A program made the position numbers and the translations under genes. A DNA stretch of 64,000 nucleotides from Octopus vulgaris. Lineage: Eukaryota. Where the stretch lies: contig OX597819.1 in assembly GCA_951406725.2 (NCBI GenBank), forward strand, positions 55,676,001-55,740,000, given 5' to 3'. Position 1 is the stretch's first letter, and each line of letters opens with the position of its first letter. Under the pieces are notes generated by a model, which saw nothing but the letters and a program-made list of their open reading frames with translations, had not been told where the DNA came from and searched no databases. Of the stretch, positions 61,444 through 64,000 are shown in pieces.

Positions 61444-62165
61444 TATTATTATTACTATTATTATTATTATTATTATTATTATTTCCTCTCTCTCTCTCTC
61501 TCGGAGAGGCATAAGCACCTACACCCACATATACACACACAGCAGTGCTGTTCAAGAATTTGGACCTGGAAATCTCCATTTCCAGCGACTTTGAGGGCCA
61601 CCTCCAAGTGGTGTCAGGTGTCAACGAAGAGCCCTTGACTACAACAAGACGACCAAATTTTTTTTTTTCCAAGGTCTGGGGTCTCCTGCCCCTAAGCCCT
61701 AGACCATCACCTAATCATCCTTACCTGTCTTGTTGCTTGACAACAACAACAACACATGGCAGTAACTTCTGCCTACCAAATTCAATCACAAATCTTCGGT
61801 CAGCCCGGGGCTATAGCAGAAGACACTTGCCCAAAGTGCCACATGGTGGGACTGAACCCGAAACCATGTAGCTAAGAAGCAAGCTCCCTAACCACACAAC
61901 CATATCATTATTATTATTATTATCATTATCGTTGTTATTATTATTATTATTAAGGTGGCGTACTGGCAGAACTGTTAGCACACCACGCGAAATGCTTATT
62001 GGTATTTCGTTTGTCACTACGTTCTGAGTTCAAATTCTGCCGAGGTCGACTTTATCTTTCATCCTTATGGGGTTTGTTAAATTAAGTACCAGTTGAGTAC
62101 TGGGGTTGATGTAATTGACTATCCCCCTCCCCCAAATTTCAGGCCTTGTGTCTATAGTAGAAAGG

Positions 62166-62224
<59 letters not shown>

Positions 62225-62537
62225 CATCTTCTTTCAATTCTGTTTCCATTTCTTGCTGAGTGTCTCCCTGGCACCTAGGGCAGAGAAATTCACAGTATAC
62301 ATTGGTAGACTGTTAAAACAAAGTCATGTGATAGAGAAAATGGGGAAGATAGACAAAGAAAAAAAGAAAAAATTAAACAAAGAAAATAAAGGGGAAAAAA
62401 GGAAAGAAAATTCACAGTGACAAAGCTCTTAGTATGTTTGACATACCAGTTAAGACAATCTTTTGCACTTTCTGCATGAATGGTAACCCAGGGATCATTC
62501 TTAAATAATCTTCAGTTCCTTTGTTGATCATTCCAAG

Positions 62538-62569
<32 letters not shown>

Positions 62570-62786
62570 TAAGATGGTGAGCTGGCAGAATTGTTATAAC
62601 ATGCTGGACAAAGTGCTTAGCAGCATTTTGTCTATCTTTATATTCTGAGTTCAAATTCTGCCGCGGTCAACTTTGCCTTTCATCCTTTCTGGGTCGATAA
62701 AATAAGTACCAGTTGAGTGCTGAGGTCGATGTATTCGACTCATCCCCCTACCCTGAAATTGCTGGCCTTGTGCCAAAATTTGAAAC

Positions 62787-62837
<51 letters not shown>

Positions 62838-63397
62838 GATGGCAATCTGGCAGAATTGTCAGTATACTTGATACAATGCTTTACATTCTTTCATCTGTCT
62901 TTATGTTCTGAATTCAAATCCAACTGGGGTCAACTTTGCTTTTCATCCTTTCGGGGTTGATAAAATAAGTACGAGTTAAACACTGGAGTTGATGTAATCA
63001 ACTAGCTCTTCGCCCTAAAGAATTCCTGGTCAGTTCTGATCACACAAACCTATGATAAATAAACGAATATAGATGTAATACCTGTTATATGTTCAAACTG
63101 ATCAGATCTGGCCTCTCGTACCTATCCTGCAATATCACTCTAAAAGTAAACTATCAAATCTTTGAAATCTTGAAGTTACAAGATAAAGCATGATTAATCC
63201 AAAACAATGTGAATAAATATGCATTACCTTCGACCGAATTTTTCTTTTATTCATTTCAGTCATTTGACTGTGGCCATGCTGGAGCACTGCCTTTAGTCGA
63301 TCGGTCTCTTTTGCCAAACCGCTAAGCTACGGGGACATAAACACACCAGCATCGATTGTCAAGCGATGTTGGGGGGGACAAACACAGATACACAAAC

Positions 63398-63464
<67 letters not shown>

Positions 63465-63777
63465 ACAGGCTTCTTTCATTTTCTGTCTACCAAATCCACT
63501 CACAAGGCTTTGGTTGGCCCGAGGCTATAGTAGAAGACACTTGCCCAAGGTGCCATGCAGTGGGACTGAACCCGGAACCATGTGGCTGGTAAGCAAGCTA
63601 CTTACCACACAGGCTCTGATTATTTGACTCTTTAGGGGTAAAGTTTAGATAATTTATCAGCTTTTGTCCTTCGTTACTGAGCTGATGCAATGGCAGGTGA
63701 CTCGATCTAATTATAAAATTAATTGCTTCAGCAGGAAACTACCCATGATATAGCATGGAAAAATAGTTGTAAAATAT

Positions 63778-63811
63778 CTGTCTCTTCTCTCTTTCTCTCT
63801 CTTAGGTAAGT
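63778..63811 (+). promoter_or_regulatory. Candidate recursive splice site (polypyrimidine-TAG|GTAAGT)
   Basis: TCTCTTCTCTCTTTCTCTCTCTTAG immediately followed by GTAAGT, same strand as the retinochrome exon. Confidence 0.55.
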
Positions 63812-64000
63812 ATATAATCCATTTATCATTCAACATAATTAGGTAGATTGGGAGATTATTGTCTTTTTTTTTTTTTTGACTTATTAGCAATCACATGTTT
63901 CAAGGTCATTTACACCCACTCTTATATCACATAGGTCTTACTTGGCAGATCTGCTCAAAGACAACTTAAAGGTGACAAATAAAGGATATTTCATCATCAT

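Noticed and set aside
61540-61720. 108-aa ORF (AVLFKNLDLEISISSDFEGHLQVV)
   Set aside because: Resembles a short L1/Tx1 endonuclease scrap running into a SINE; not a host exon.

Overview
Repeat-dominated eukaryotic DNA, most likely from an octopus or other coleoid cephalopod (inferred from the SINE/LINE repertoire and a retinochrome-like exon). The only host coding sequence I can recognise is a 67-nt first coding exon at 47509-47575 (+; MNNSHEFTSWEHTFTGILYAVF|G). It is too short for the ORF track and resembles the N-terminus of squid retinochrome. I find no exon 2, so intron 1 appears to run past the window end (>16 kb). It contains a strong polypyrimidine-AG|GTAAGT candidate recursive splice site at 63804-63811. 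A CpG-rich candidate promoter and first exon points the other way at ~45.4-45.6 kb. The rest is a transposon mosaic: R4/Dong, CR1, RTE, Tx1/L1 and HERO-like LINEs, Penelope-like remnants with degenerate hammerhead motifs, Merlin, Tigger and maT-type DNA transposons, Helitron-like pieces, three tRNA-derived SINE families, two tRNA pseudogenes and many microsatellites. The microsatellites produce most of the spurious ORFs. The most unusual structures are: (1) a 493-bp TGT..ACA element with a 4-bp TSD whose TIRs each look like a 48-bp mini-LTR plus a tRNA-Trp primer-binding site; (2) a Tx1 LINE/SINE system that appears to build head-to-tail arrays by re-inserting at a TATY site; (3) a four-level nested Merlin element carrying a promoter-like cargo. 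All assignments come from reading the sequence and recalled family motifs; no searches were run, and boundaries of decayed elements are approximate.
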